Origin: Camelus dromedarius | Taxonomy: Eukaryota | Reading direction: 5' to 3' | DNA: 64,000 nucleotides | NCBI RefSeq assembly: GCF_036321535.1 | Contig: NC_087443.1 | Coordinates: forward strand, 60,760,001 to 60,824,000 | Shown here: in pieces, positions 24,641-37,920 of the stretch | Layout: each line of letters opens with the position of its first letter | Numbering within the stretch: the stretch's first letter is position 1 | The notes under the pieces: generated by a model | Databases searched by the model: none | What the model was told of the DNA's origin: nothing | What the model saw: only the letters and a program-made list of their open reading frames with translations | Program-made: the position numbers and the translations under genes

Positions 24641-27074
24641 TCAGCAAGTGCCGGAGACCACGATCATCACCTTGGCAGGGCCCAGCACCGTGGCACAGAG
24701 CACTGGTCTATCTTTTGGGAGTGAGGGAGGGCAGTCTTTGTAACAAGATGCTACGGTTCTCCATTCTGAGTAAGGGAGGGGCCGCTGGGCTGCTGCATCA
24801 CTCATCTAGGTGGCCACACCTGGCCGGGAAGGGGAGGCTTGTGCTCAGGAGAGAAAGCTAGGAAGCTAGGGAGAGTGTCAGGTCCCAGATGAGCTGGAGA
24901 AGCAAGAATCCATTCTCCACACCTGGGAGTTCTTCCCAATGATTCATGGACAACATTCTCAGGTTTAAGAACAACATTCTCACGCTGCAAGTCCGGTGAG
25001 CGATTTTACTGCCACTCTTCAAACGAGCCTCCCCCAGCTCGTTAAAGCAGGCAGGCCAGCAGCTCAGGACTTGGTCAGCTTTGAAGCATCGCCCTCCCTG
25101 GGGGATGCCCCTGAGATAACCCAGCCTAACTTTTTAATAAAAGCAAGATGGTTCCTGGTCTCTTTCCTATTAAAGTCAGGCCGCCTGGCCTTACAGCCTT
25201 CCCCTGGCTTCAAAGCTCAACCTGGAGAAGGGAGGTGGGCTAGAGAAGCCAGAGCGAATCTCATCACTAAGATATCCCACTTCAGGGTCAGGCAGGCCCC
25301 TCCCTGGCTGAGAGCCCAAGGGCAGGGCCTCTCCTAGAGCCAGCAGCCCCACCTCCGAGTGTCCATCTTCATTTCAGACAGAGGATGAGGGTCTCTTCCT
25401 GCGAATCTGCCTCCAGGTCTTCTGAGAACAAAGGCTGTTTATGTTCTGCACATCCTCTCCCCTCCTCCTAACCTCACCCCTAGGCCGAGTCACAGTTGGA
25501 CCATTGCTTGGCTGAGCCTCCATACAGACACTGGTGTGATGGTTAATTCATTTCCCAGGTGAAAGATGCCGCCGCAGATGGAATACAACACACACACTTT
25601 CCTTTCTCAACGGGGCAGTCACCCGTCGCCGCTCATGCTGTCTTGACAGTTCTTCCTCCTTTTGAAGTCTCCACCACATCTTTTGCCCACTGAGTGAGAA
25701 GTTCCATGCTGCCGGGTTCTTATTTTCTTAACACAGTGGAAATATTTGGCCTTTTCCATAATATTTAGCTCCCCTGATACAATACATAGACAGCACTTTT
25801 TTTTTTAAGTTGTGTTCTCAAGGGACTGTTTATTTAATGGCGATCTGTAGGATACCACACACTATGGGCGGCAAGCCCTGCAGGCGGGGTTGGGGGTGGG
25901 GAGCAAGCAGAGAAACCATCCAGAATGTCGTGCTCCTAACCCACTTTGGGGACACAGGCAGGTATCCAGGCTTCTCTAAAGAGTGTAATTTATTATGCCT
26001 CTTTTAAGTTTAAGAGGCTCTCGGAGTCACTGCCCCAAGAACCCCCACCCCAAAGAGCAATAAATGAGTCTGAACATGTCTGAGGGTGACAAGGTAATGC
26101 CACTTTTTAAAGAAAGGACTTTTTTTTTTAAATAGGTCTGGTTCTAGACTTTGAAAATGATGGATTAACTTGTCATCCTGTGTCAACCACCCAACAAGTA
26201 TTTACTGAGCACCTGCTAAGTGCAAAGCTCTGGGAGTAAGGTGGGGGGTAAAGGCGGTGGGGGGTAGGGGCAGTGGGGAGCAGGCTCTGTAGAGAAGGAT
26301 AAGGAAGACCCCGATAGCTGCCCTTCCAGAGCTCACGGTTACTTGGAAAAATCAGGCAAACATGTAACATGTACCTAACATAGGACCGAAAGCCACATTT
26401 TTGCTTTGCTAGAACCAGGCAAGGTTTAAGACTTCAATAATAGATTACCCCAGCAACATAAGATGTCATAGAACAGTTATGATTAATTAAAAGTTCAGGC
26501 CAAAAATTGGATAGTATTAGGTAGGAGTCTTTTCCCTATAATTATCCCCAGCAAATAAGCCCAACTCATTTCCGTTTGCAAACAAGGCTGTAGCCCACAT
26601 TTAAACAGCTAAATCCCAAACCTGGCTTCTGTGATGGGAGTAACACCCGGGGAGGGTCTGCAGCCGCAGCCCCACCCCACCACGGGCACACACAGATGAA
26701 GCAGTAGCTTTCAGAAACCATTTCTGGGGGATCCACAAGAATGGTCGGTGAGATTTGGAAGCACGGAGCAAAGGGGGAAAACAAGATAAGAAGGGCTTAT
26801 TTCAGATTAGGTTGAAAAACAAAGGACGTTTAGTTTTGAAAAGCTGGCTGAGTTCTTAAGATAATGGAGAGAGGTTTCATGTTTCTGGTCCCATTAGTAA
26901 GAACTGGGTAGGGAATTATAAAAAAGAACTTTCATTACAGACAAGGGAGACAGGCCAGGAAGGAATGATATGACATAGACAGCAAAATTCACAATGTCTT
27001 CCAGCCTCGGTTGGACTGGTCTACGGGGAGAAGTGCCAACAGCCTGGAAGGCCCTCTCTGGAAAGGAGAGAGGA

Positions 27075-27720
27075 AAATAACCCACTAGTCTGGATAACAC
27101 CAAGTGCTGGTGAGGATGCAGAGAGATGACAACCCCGGTTCACTGCTGGTAGGCATATACACTTAGAGCTGAAACTCAGTCTGTGTATGCCCTGTGCCCT
27201 AGTGATCCCACTCCTGGATGTATATACTGGGGAAATCTCTGCAGTGTGCAAGGGATGTTTCCTGCAGCAATGTTTGCAGTAGAGAGCATTGGAGGCAATC
27301 TCAGTGTCCATTAAGAGAGGGGGAGCAAATAAGTAAAATGCGGCGGCTGCCAGCAGGGAACACTATGCAGCTGTCAGCAGCAATAAAGTAGAGGCACACT
27401 ACACTGTAAATAGATCTTCTAAACATAGTATTGAGTAAAAAGGCAAATCACCAAACAATACTATTTATGTAGATATGAACCACTCACAGGAACAGCACAA
27501 ACTATTTTCTGAGGCTACATGGGTTTATGTTAAACAGGTTAGAGTGGGTGCATAAGGGGAAGAGGAATAGGAGTAAAGAGTAGGGATGAAGGGGAAAAGT
27601 AAAAATGAAGCAGGAGGAGGGCTTTGCAATGTGATGATGTGCAATGAATTGAAAAAGACAACTTACTGTACCCGAGGGCAGAAGAAACAGTACGTGACCT
27701 ACTCTTTGGGGCAGGAAAGG
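27075..27720 (+). mobile_element. Old LINE-1 (L1ME-like) 3' fragment
   Basis: gataacaccaagtgctggtgaggatgcagagag ... gtgatcccactcctggatgtatatac ... ggaggcaatctcagtgtccattaagag. Confidence 0.7.
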
Positions 27721-28254
27721 CACAATACAGCACAGGATCAGCAAATATTGATGGAGTGTACACTCAAGGTCCACCAGAGCCCTTATCATAAGGAGTTCAG
27801 CATCTGGTAAGTAGCCTGGAGCTTAAGGACAGGACCCTGTCTGTCCTTCCCTCATCCTGAGTGTCTGGGTCGGTGCTTCACATGTGCTGGTTCTATTAAT
27901 CCTACAGAGGAAAGAAGTATGTAAACCAGTAATTATTACAAGCTAGGAGTGGAGGAAGCCCATCTGTCTCAGGTGGGTCTGGAAGGCCCTTTAGAAGACA
28001 CATCTGAGGTGAGCCTTAAAGGATTTCAGCAGTGAGGGACAGGATCCAGGCAATGAAAATAGCTTTGGAGCAAAGACGCAGAGAGAGAGGTGCTGGGTGA
28101 CCACAAGGTGACCGCTCTGGTCTAGGCTGGCTGCAGTGACCCGCGGAAGCCCATCTGAGCCGCCCGTGGCCTAGAACTAGGGTGATGGAGAGAGGAGAGC
28201 AAAATGGGAATGAAAGGCTAATGAATCTACGAGGCAGGGCAGACGCAGATCCCA

Positions 28255-28420
28255 GGCAGTAGTTCCAGCACTTGGCTCATCAGAATCTCCTGGGGAGCTT
28301 TGAAACAGACATTGGGGCCCACCCTCATGCCAGGCTACCTGAATACTGAATCAGCCTCCGGGCTTGGAGTGGGTGATTCCGAAGGAAGAAATTCTTCACC
28401 AGCTTCCCAGGCCCATCTGG
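28255..28420. mobile_element. MER5-like hAT MITE fragment
   Basis: catcagaatctcctggggagctttgaaac ... actgaatcagcctccggg. Confidence 0.6.
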
Positions 28421-29469
28421 GAATCACTCATCAGCAGACCAGAGAATCCTACTGAATTTCAGGGAAGGAGACATCAAAAGTCACTCCCAGATTTTGATTC
28501 TGGGGACTGGAAAAGTTGGGGTGCTGTTAATTTAACTACTAAGCAAGGTGGGTATAGGATAGGTGGTGGGGGATGGACTGTCCTCAGTGAGAAGATGTTG
28601 GCTAGGGACAGGACAAGGTCCTGCTGGGGACTCTCAAAGAATACTGAGAGAAGAAAATGGAAGCACAAGGATTAGTTACTGGACAGAATTTAGGGAAACA
28701 GCTTTCTTTAGGAAGTGGAAAGAGGTTATCACAGGAGGTAAGAGGAATGATGAGAAGTGAGGAAAACCAGGTGAGAGAAAGGCCACGAAGCCAAATTTCC
28801 ACTTGTGGCTGTAGTGGAATCACACCTCTCACTCTCTGGGTCCATCCTCCTGACTACAAATCCCCTAACGAGGCTGCAGGTTATAGAGGTTTAATCTGAA
28901 AGCAGAATGGAGTCAGCCTGGTGGGCAGGCTGCAGCCACCCCTCCTCTGATTTGTTGCAGATGGACTGGTCCAGATGCCTAACAAGGACTATTGATTTGC
29001 CTTTTTTTCTTTTACTCTAGTTCAATGGTTCTCATGCTGCACAAAATTGCATACAAAGAGCCCTGGGCACTGAACTGAATGGGCAATTTAAGGAATATTC
29101 AAAGGTAATTTTGACCCTCCTTATTGGCTTGAGAGCCTGACCCACACAGCAGATGAGGCTGTACCACACTGCCATCCCCTCCTAACTGGTCTTCCGGGTT
29201 CCTCCAGTCTCTTGAGTCCAATCAATCCTTCACACCACAAGTGCAGTTACATCTCTAAACCCACACTGGACTGTGTCAAGCAACACCTCCTGGAACTCCT
29301 CAGGCTTGCAGGGAAGTCTGAAATCCCAAGCATGACATTGCAGCCCTGGACCCCAGAGTCTTTCTTCACCCCCCAAGTTCCCACACCCAGTCTCCTCACT
29401 GGTCCCCATCATCTGTCGGCTGCTCTATCACTGCCTCCCCGGGAGGACCTGTCTTTCTTCCCTTCCCCA

Positions 29470-29660
29470 GTTAGTAGCCTAAGGATTAAGAGCACAAGCT
29501 CTGGAAGCCAGGGTGCCTGACTCTGAGTCCCAGTCCACCGATCACTGGCTCTGCCACCCTGGGGATGAGTTAACACCTGCTCACAGCGTTATTGTGAGGA
29601 TTAAATGAGATAACACTCAGAGTGCACTCAACAGTGCTGGGCACTGAGTAAACACTCCAT
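29470..29660 (+). mobile_element. MIR
   Basis: ggattaagagcacaagctctggaagccagg ... ttattgtgaggattaaatgagataacac. Confidence 0.75.
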
Positions 29661-30499
29661 TAAACATACACATGTGCTCATGGATAGACACACACACACA
29701 CGCACTCACATGCGCATCTGCTCTTGTATCTCTACAGAGCACCACCCACGCAGGGGCCTCTCTCATGGGCTGTAGTTCTGCAAGGGCAAGAACTGAGTTG
29801 TGATGTCACTCCCTGCTCCCAACCCCCATCAAGTCCTCCCACCCTACTGAAGCTCTAAATTCCTAGTAGAGACTAATTTAATTTGCCAAGCAATATGGAG
29901 CCATTGAGGGATTTTGAGCAAGAAAGTGACCAATCAATGCAGTACCCTGAGAAAATTATTCTGTTCTGAATCTGTCAGGACAATCAGGAGTCAGACTAGA
30001 GAGGGTGTCCCTAGGGTTAAGGGGCTCCTAGGGTCCAAGGCTGAAGACCAGAGCTAGGGTGGAGGCTAAATGAGCGAAAAGGGAGGAAAATGGCTTCCCA
30101 GCTGACCATAGTGGCACTGAGGTTCCACTCCAAAGGAAACAAGCACAGCCCTGTCAATGCTCCACTCTTCCTGATATATGATAAATTCTGCCCAAGGCAC
30201 TGAACAGATAAACTCTACTCCCAGGTGGGGCTCACTCCAAGTGGTGGGCTCTGGGCTAATCTACATCTAATTGTCACTTTTGCTGTTTCAAGAGTCACTT
30301 AACTAAATTCTGTGCTGCAATCAAACCTATGTTAAGATGCCCCTGCCTTTCTTGCCTTTTTAAATTCAGATTTAGACCCAACTTCGATGAACCAAGGCAC
30401 CTGATCCTGAGCTTTCTTTTTATAGTTTTCTTTTGTATTAATTCACTTTTTAATTTGGGAATTATATTATTATTTTTTACTTTGAACTTTGTTTTGTTT

Positions 30500-30630
30500 T
30501 TTTACATTTCACTAGGATATAAACTCCACAGGACAGGAATTTTTTTGTCTGTGTACTAATACAGTCTCGAACCTCGAACAATGCGTGGTACATACACAAT
30601 AGGCATTCAACGAATCTGTATTGAATGAGC
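30500..30630 (+). mobile_element. L2 3' tail
   Basis: ctaggatataaactccacaggacaggaattttttt ... ggcattcaacgaatctgtattgaatga. Confidence 0.7.
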
Positions 30631-30699
30631 AAAAGAAGAATATATGAAACATATAACAAATCCTGCTACATGCCACTCAAAATAAATGAATGCTAAATT

Positions 30700-31260
30700 T
30701 TTTAAATCATTTTTAAAATAAGAGAAACAGAAACATTATGGATAAGTAATTTTTCTCCTCCCAGCCCCATTTCTCTCTCCCTATCCAGGGGCAGCCAGTG
30801 TCAGGAATCTTTTTGTGTGTATCCTTCTGGTCTGTATTTTTATACTTTTTCCATATACATATGTAAACATATATAACACACTATTATTTTGTGAATCATT
30901 TTAAATTTATAGAAATGGTATGAAATTTAGATAAATAATATTTATATAAATAGTATAATAGATAATATTCTATTGCTTTTTTTACTCCATTTTTTGTGGG
31001 GATCTTTCTATTTTGACACTTATAAATCGTATTCACATTAACTGCACAGAATTCCATCGCATGAATATACCGTATTTATTTATCCATCTTCCTCTACTGG
31101 GTACCTGTATGATTCCAAGCAGTTCCCATAGTTCACAGAATATTCCAGTTCTCTTCCTTCCCTTCCTTCCCAGACACATGGTAGGACTGTGCCTCCACCA
31201 GCAGCATACAAGTTTTCCCACTTCCTCATGTCTAACCAATACTGGGTATTGTTAAGATGT
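30700..31260 (-). mobile_element. Old LINE-1 fragment
   Basis: aattccatcgcatgaatataccgtatttatttatccatcttcc ... tgcctccaccagcagcatacaag. Confidence 0.6.
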
Positions 31261-31748
31261 TCCACCCTGTGCTTTCCAACAGGGACTCATATAATCTCTC
31301 AAGCAAAACTGCTAGGTAGGGTACTCAACAGTACAGAATATACCAAATACTCTGGTTGACCAGAAAGCCCTTTACGTTGTATCTTTTGCTTTCAAACATG
31401 ACTTTAGTCTGATGCCCAGCCATAGATTGGAGCAAGATAATACAATGTTCCTTTCTTGCCACAAATATCAGGGACCCACAGGGTCTTCACTAGAAATACC
31501 AGTTCTCATTGCATGGATTTAGACACACATTGCATGGAATAGGAAAACAGATTAAATGTGAACCGACCAACCTGACATAAACCCCAAACACTCTTACCTA
31601 TCAATGTCACTTTGATCATTTATCCTACAAAAATAGCAGCCCAAGTTTCCAAAGATACAGATGGATGTTTAGGTCAGCACGGTTTATAATGGCAAAAAAA
31701 AAAAAAAAAAATTTGGAAACAATCTAAATGCTCATTAATAGGAGATTG

Positions 31749-31875
31749 TTTGTCAGGGGGAGATGATTAGGTTTTACTTATTTATTTATTTTTAGAGGAG
31801 GTACTAGGGATTGAACTGCAGATCCCATGCATGCCAAGAATGCACTCTACCACTTGAGCTGTATCCTCCCCTCCC
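31749..31875 (-). mobile_element. tRNA-derived SINE, camelid vic-1-like
   Basis: Minus strand gggaggggaggatacagctcaagtggtagagtgc...cagttcaatccctagtacctcctctaaaaataaataaataagtaaaacctaatcatctccccc, with A/B boxes and an AT-rich tail. Family name recalled, not searched. Confidence 0.8.
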
Positions 31876-32589
31876 AAGACAGTATTTTTTAATTATAATT
31901 TTTTTTGCTATCCACTTCTGAACTATCTTAAAAGTGAGATGATAAATTTCCATGTGGTTTAAGATAGATTTAGATGGGGTTTCGTTACTTGCAGCTGAAT
32001 GACTCCCAGTTTTGCACCAGACCAGCACTAGCTAGAGGAGAAACAAATGGAGTCTGACTCCACACGCAGAGAACTCCAAAGCACTTGGCGACTTCCCCAT
32101 CAGCTGCCCCCAAGAGAGAAGTCCCATGACCCTGGGTCTCGAGGGAAGAGAGCCTGACCAGGAACCCAGCAACTTTCACCAGAACTTGGTAAGGGGGCTG
32201 GGGAGTTAGTCAACATTAAAAACAAATAAAGATGCTTTGTCGTCCTTCTCCCCACCCCCTCCCGGAAAGAAAGTCCCAGGAGGACAGATGAGTAAAGACT
32301 ACACAGTTTCCACCCTGCCCCCACATTGCTGACCGGGCCAGAGGAAGTAATGGGAATAAACTGCAGGCACGTTCAACATTTTCCTACAAGACCCAGCCTT
32401 GACCAGCTTCAAGGCAGAAGAGTAGGAGAGAAAATCCACGTGCTCCAAAGGGTGGGGAAGGGTGACGCTCCAGAGGAACCTGCACTCAGGACCTCAGGCC
32501 AGCCCTGTCGAGGCCACGGGGAGGGTGTGTGCCCAGGGGTCCCGGACCACCACAAGGAATGAATCAAGCTCAGCCTATAAGCCATCAAA

Positions 32590-32930
32590 AGGGCTGATGG
32601 TGGGTGAACTTTGAAAATGTTATATTAATGAAAGAAAGCCAGTCACAAAAGACCACATACTTGATGATTCTGTTTATATAAAGTGTCCAGAATCGGCAAA
32701 TCCATAGGGATAGAAAGTAAACTAGTGGTTTCCAAGGGCTGGGGACCAATGGTGGGGAGGGAAGTTGAAAGTGATGGCTAAAGCATTCTGGCTTCTTGAG
32801 GTAATAAAAATGTTCTAAAGTTGACTGTGGTAGTGGTTGCACAATTCTATGAGTATACTAAGAAGACTGAACTGTATTCTTTAAATGGGTCAGTTGTATG
32901 GTATGAGAATTATATCTCAATAAAGCTATT
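32590..32930 (+). mobile_element. LINE-1 3' UTR (L1MB-like)
   Basis: aatgaaagaaagccagtcacaaaagaccacatac ... gaattatatctcaataaagctattt. Confidence 0.88.
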
Positions 32931-33029
32931 TCCCAAAAGGGTGGGGGGGCTGAGTATTAATGTGGGCTCTCTGCTGCCAAACATGGGGAGCTCCACGAGG
33001 ATGCCCAGCTCCCACTGTTTCCTGTGTTT

Positions 33030-33200
33030 TTATCATTAATTCTTCTATGCCAGCCACCAGCTCTATGAGTTTGTGCTACCTCTATAATCCCTATTTTACA
33101 GATGAGGAAACCGAGACTTGAGGAGATTAAGTAATTTGCCCAAAGTCACATGGTTTGTAGAAAATTCCGCCTTGCCTCTAACTGCTGCACTAGACCACAT
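33030..33200 (-). mobile_element. MIR
   Basis: ctattttacagatgaggaaaccgagacttgaggagattaagtaatttgcccaaagtcac. Confidence 0.8.
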
Positions 33201-34289
33201 CCTAATCTGTATCAGCAGAGAGCGAAACAAATCCACAGGGTTAACACTGTATTTGCCTAACACCTAATAGTAATAGCACTGGGGCTGGGGACTTATTAGA
33301 GGATAGCTTTTGAAAATGTGTGCTGCTCAGGCTGCTGTGTATGAATCCACCTGTTTCCCAGGGTTCATCCTGGCTGAGGTTGGGGGTGTGTGGATGGGGC
33401 AGAGGTGGCCCTTTAAGGTTCTCAGGGACACTGGCAGGAACTGTCTGCTCCTGAGGAGCTGTTTGGAGTCACTGAGCTGGCTGGGTACCAGGAGGCCCTC
33501 TCCCAGCAGCTCTGCTAACCAAAGGAGATCTGAGCCCCGTGAATAAGCCCTAAATGTCCCACACAGACTCATGTCTGGGACTGAAGCTTCTGTGGGATTT
33601 CCCACCCTCTGACATGAGCTCTCATAGGCGGGAGCAGCCAGGCAAGCCCAGGGGCCCCACCACCTCTGTTTGCCAAGAATGCACACTGCCGAAATGTCCA
33701 CCCTCTATTCATTCCAGGAATCCAGCCTGGGAAGGCCTGTTTCTTTGCCTGTCCCAAGGTAAAATCACGTAACAGATAACATGGACAGATCTGCGTTGCC
33801 CCAGCCCCACACACCTGGACATGTAACTGGCTCACAGTAAAACAGGAGAGACTAACGTTTGCTCTTGGGAGCTGATAAAACCAGCCATAAGGCTCCCTCC
33901 CCAGTTTAAATGTGCACGGTACCCTCTCCTTGAGGCCCAGGAGATGAACTCAAGGACTTCTCTAGCCTCCTCCACGCCCCTTCTCAATTCCTCGCTTGCT
34001 TTTCCACAGTCTCTCCTCCATCTTCACCCCATTCTAGGTCACAAAAACTGTCTCTTGGAATCGGGTCCTCTGGCACACCTGCACCAGCCCAGTTCATGCA
34101 GCCCTGCCTCACAGCATTCCTGAGCCCACAAGTCTTCCTCCAGGGCCTCCTCTGAAGCTAGAAGTAATGTTTCTAGAGTAAGTGCCCACAATGGAGAGGA
34201 GGGCCCTTTCTGCACGTGCAAAGTCACGGCAGAGCCCACCTACCAGCTCACCCTACGCAGGTGGCGGGGTCAGAGGAGGGTGGAAGGTA

Positions 34290-34460
34290 AGAGGTTGGTC
34301 AGATCCCACTTCTGCCACTTACAAGCTGTGTCACCTTGAGTGAGTGACTTAATGTCTCTGATTCCCAGTGTCCTTACTTATAAAAATGGGAGTAACATGA
34401 TCTTTCTTTTGTGAGAGTGAAATGAAGTCTGTAAACCTGCCTGATACAGAAAAGGCACTG
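34290..34460 (+). mobile_element. MIR
   Basis: tctgccacttacaagctgtgtcaccttgagtgagtgacttaatg. Confidence 0.75.
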
Positions 34461-34622
34461 GAGCAAAGGAGAAAAGGTAGTTATGGTAAGTATATGTGAG
34501 GATCTATGAGACCATTTTAAAATCTAAGTATTTTTGGACCCTCTAGCCTGACCATAAGGAGCTCTCAAGGATAAATATGACCCCAGGAATATGCCTGATG
34601 GACAATGACCCAACAGCTTGTA

Positions 34623-34890
34623 TTACACACACACACAAACACCCCATACCACACCCAAAATGCACACACATATAAACACACACTCCCAAACACACATATA
34701 CAAATACCACCCAAACATATCCCCAAACACCCTGCAACACACACACACACACAAGATATCCCAAAATATACCAAATACAACATACTACACCCAAACACAC
34801 ACACAGACATTATACGTCTCCAAGTACACATGCATTCCACAGTCAAACAGACACACATATACACAGACACACACACTCTCTCTCTCTCCT
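34623..34890. repeat. Degenerate CA-rich low-complexity tract ending in (CT)n
   Basis: About 270 bp of acac/ccaaa/atac units with very few G on the plus strand. Confidence 0.9.
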
Positions 34891-35514
34891 TTTTTAAATT
34901 TTCTTAAAGATGCTTTCACCATCTATAAGGATACTTAACCTTACCACAATTTCAAACACTGTCACAAGAAGCTTTAATGTCCGTGATGCCCAACCCCTGC
35001 CAACTAGCCAGATTACAGCAGAGACAAACCAGAGTGTCTTGCTCACATGCGTTAACTTGCACCTGGGCACAGAGGCCAGCAGTCCCTGACCTCACTTCCT
35101 CAGACACTTACAACTGCTCCTCCCAGGCTGACCTGGGGTGGATAAAGATACTGGTTTCTATCTGTAAGCCCCTTGTTTGCCTATTTCTTTCCTGAGGCAA
35201 GTTTATATGAGGTCAGATTCCCCCATTTCCAAGGCCTGGCTTTTCTCGGTAATATTTGAATTGAACGGGCTCCTTCTCTGAGGAGCTCTCCCTAGAAGAT
35301 GTTGTAAAGATCGAGTATTCTTCAGCCTTGTCCTCTCTGACTCAACTGCCTCTTATTAGCTTAAAAAAAAAAAAACCTACATGAAAAAAGGGTCTTTGCT
35401 GACTCTATAATAAAAGCCCCAGAAACTTTGAGGAAGACAGCATGGCCTGGGGACTGTGTCACAGACAACGTTCTCAGGCCTGGCTCCACTGCTTGCTAGC
35501 AGGAGGAGTTTTCT

Positions 35515-35960
35515 ATCACAGTTTGGGTTCGTCCCAAAGCAAACCCTGAGACAAGGCCTGGGTGCAGGCTGCTCATCAGGGAGATGACTCCAGGAACCCC
35601 ACGTGAGGAATTATGGAAAGTGAGACCAGGAAAGGATAGAGGCTGAGAAAGGGTACATTAATGGGCAAGTTATTGCTGTGGGTACCTAGGGCTTGGTCCC
35701 ACTGGGGAACCTCGGAGGTTCTGGCTGGAAATCGCCCCCAAACCCTCCTTGTGCAGGTAGCTGAGATATTAGCTCCCACTGTCCATTGCTTGAGGACAGC
35801 CCCCCCGGGATGATGACTCACCACCACCCCTTCCTCGGCCCTTCCTCAGGTGCACCTGCTTGGGTAGGGCAGGCTCCTGTGGTACCAGAGTCTGGAGGAA
35901 GCCCTCACACAGGGAGATGAGGTGGGGAGAGGGGAGAGTGGGGAAAGCTCATGGTGGGGA
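35515..35960. mobile_element. Old MaLR LTR (MLT1J/K-like)
   Basis: gtttgggttcgtcccaaagcaaaccctgagacaaggcctgggtgcagg ... gtgagaccaggaaagg. Confidence 0.6.
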
Positions 35961-37544
35961 GACATAAGCACGCTGAAAATGGTGGCAGATGAACTGAGGT
36001 GAGCCCAGTGGGTATGGGGCAGAGCATAAGGGGTGTCCTCCACCCTTACAGCAGTCACATGCCTCTCAAGCCTTTCCTGAAACAGGCAGGAGACCTACAG
36101 CCCTTCCAAGCAGGTCCCTCAGAGACAGAGATCATGTTTGTGAGGAGCTTGACAACCTGGGACACTGTGGGTATCAGCAGAAGTCACCGCCACCCTCTGC
36201 ATGGGCAACCCTGCTGCAATAAACACCCAGAGGCTGCTCATGAGGGGAGAGGTATGGAAAGAGTGTAATTCAAGGCTCCCAGCCAGAAAAGTCAGGCTGG
36301 AGCCCACTGACCATCCCCCGGACCCCTCTGCCAAACCACAAGGCTGTTTAAATGGTCACCATAAAGGAGCATGCCTACGAGACACTTGACCCTGTCTCGG
36401 GTTCTCACGGTGACCCTACAAGGTAGGCGTGGGCCCAGTTAGCTGAGGAAACCGAGCTGAGAGGGATAAGCAACTCGCCGGCAGATGCCCGGCTAGTAAA
36501 TGGTGGAGTTGGCATTGACCACCAGCCTGAATCTTTACACCTCCTTCCTCTAAAACAGGCCACAAGCTCATCCCAGATGCCACTGTCACAAATACCAGAC
36601 GGCTTCTCTATATATATCCTCAGGCCACAGAGACTCTGGGCTGATGGGAAGCAGACTCCACCTGCCCCACCAGCTCAGATAACAACAGTAACCCTTAGGT
36701 AGCACTGACTCTGCCCCAGGCACTGCTATAAGTGCTTTTATCATCATTCTTTCATTTAATCCATGCCCAAATGTTGGGAATGAACTGCCATTGCCCTCTC
36801 TCCTTGAACAAGACCGGGCAACATGGAGGGGACAGGACAGCATGCCCAGCCACCTCTTAAAGGACTAGGCTCCTGGGGAGACAGTGCTGAGTGAGGGTCT
36901 CTTTACTGGAGGATTGGTGTGCGTACAGCGGCACCTAGCACTGTGGCCCAACACAATTGGGGTCAAGTTTTTTTGTTGGTTTTTTTTTTTTTTGTCTTTT
37001 TGAGAATGATGCCTTTTGGGTCTGGATGCTCTAATAGGGGTTCCCAGTACAATCTTTCCACAAGGGAGGGTAATTGGAAGGAACAGCCAAAGATAAGAGG
37101 GCTTCCCAGAGTATGCAGCCAAGGCAAGCTGGCCCATGGAGAATTTGAGCAGATCATATGGAAGAACATGTCAGGGCTCACATCAGCAGAGATAACTGGT
37201 TGACCCCACAGGGGATCTGCCCACCAGCTGAAGGCAGTCCATGACCTCGGACCTGGTCTTCTTTTCATTTCTTACATTACATCAGTAGAACCACTGCCAA
37301 GTAGAAAAGAAATCCCAGCCCTCCTTTCCCATGCCTCCATCCTGCTTTATAACGAGTTCTACCCCCAACCTCACCCCCAGCCCCTCAAGTGGAAGTTCCA
37401 AACACAGGCTAGAAACAAAGCCAAGCAAATTAGCTCAACCACACAGACCCAACAGCCAGTTAGGAGAGGAGTAATTCTGTCAGCTCTCAGATGTGCGCCT
37501 ATGAATTTCTTTTAGGGGATATTCTGCCTTATCTGTCAAAGGAG

Positions 37545-37920
37545 CACACATTATCCCATTCACTGAGCTCTTACTCTGTGCCTGGCACTGCTCATTTCAT
37601 CCTCACCACCAGCCTGGGAGACGCTTTTATTATCAACGTTGTACAGATGAGAAAACTGAGGTATGAGAGCTTCAGCACCTCCCCCAAGGTCACAACGCTC
37701 CTAAGTGCCAAAGCTAGGACTCAGATCAGCCAGTCCAGCTTCAATGACTCCACTCAAGCTGCCTCGATGCACTGATCTTAATCCTCACAACACACAAGGA
37801 TATGGAATCCACTAACTGGCTTTACAGAGAAGGAAACTGAGGCTCAGAGTTAACCAACCTGCCCAAGGTCACCAGCTAAATGGCAGAGCCAGGAGCAGAA
37901 CTCATGCCAAGCTGTGGAGC
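37545..37920 (-). mobile_element. Two tandem MIRs
   Basis: gtacagatgagaaaactgagg (first copy) and tttacagagaaggaaactgaggctcagagttaaccaacctgcccaaggtcac (second copy). Confidence 0.8.

Noticed and set aside
34543-34938. His/Thr- or Val/Cys-rich ORFs
   Set aside because: Translations of a CA/TG low-complexity tract.
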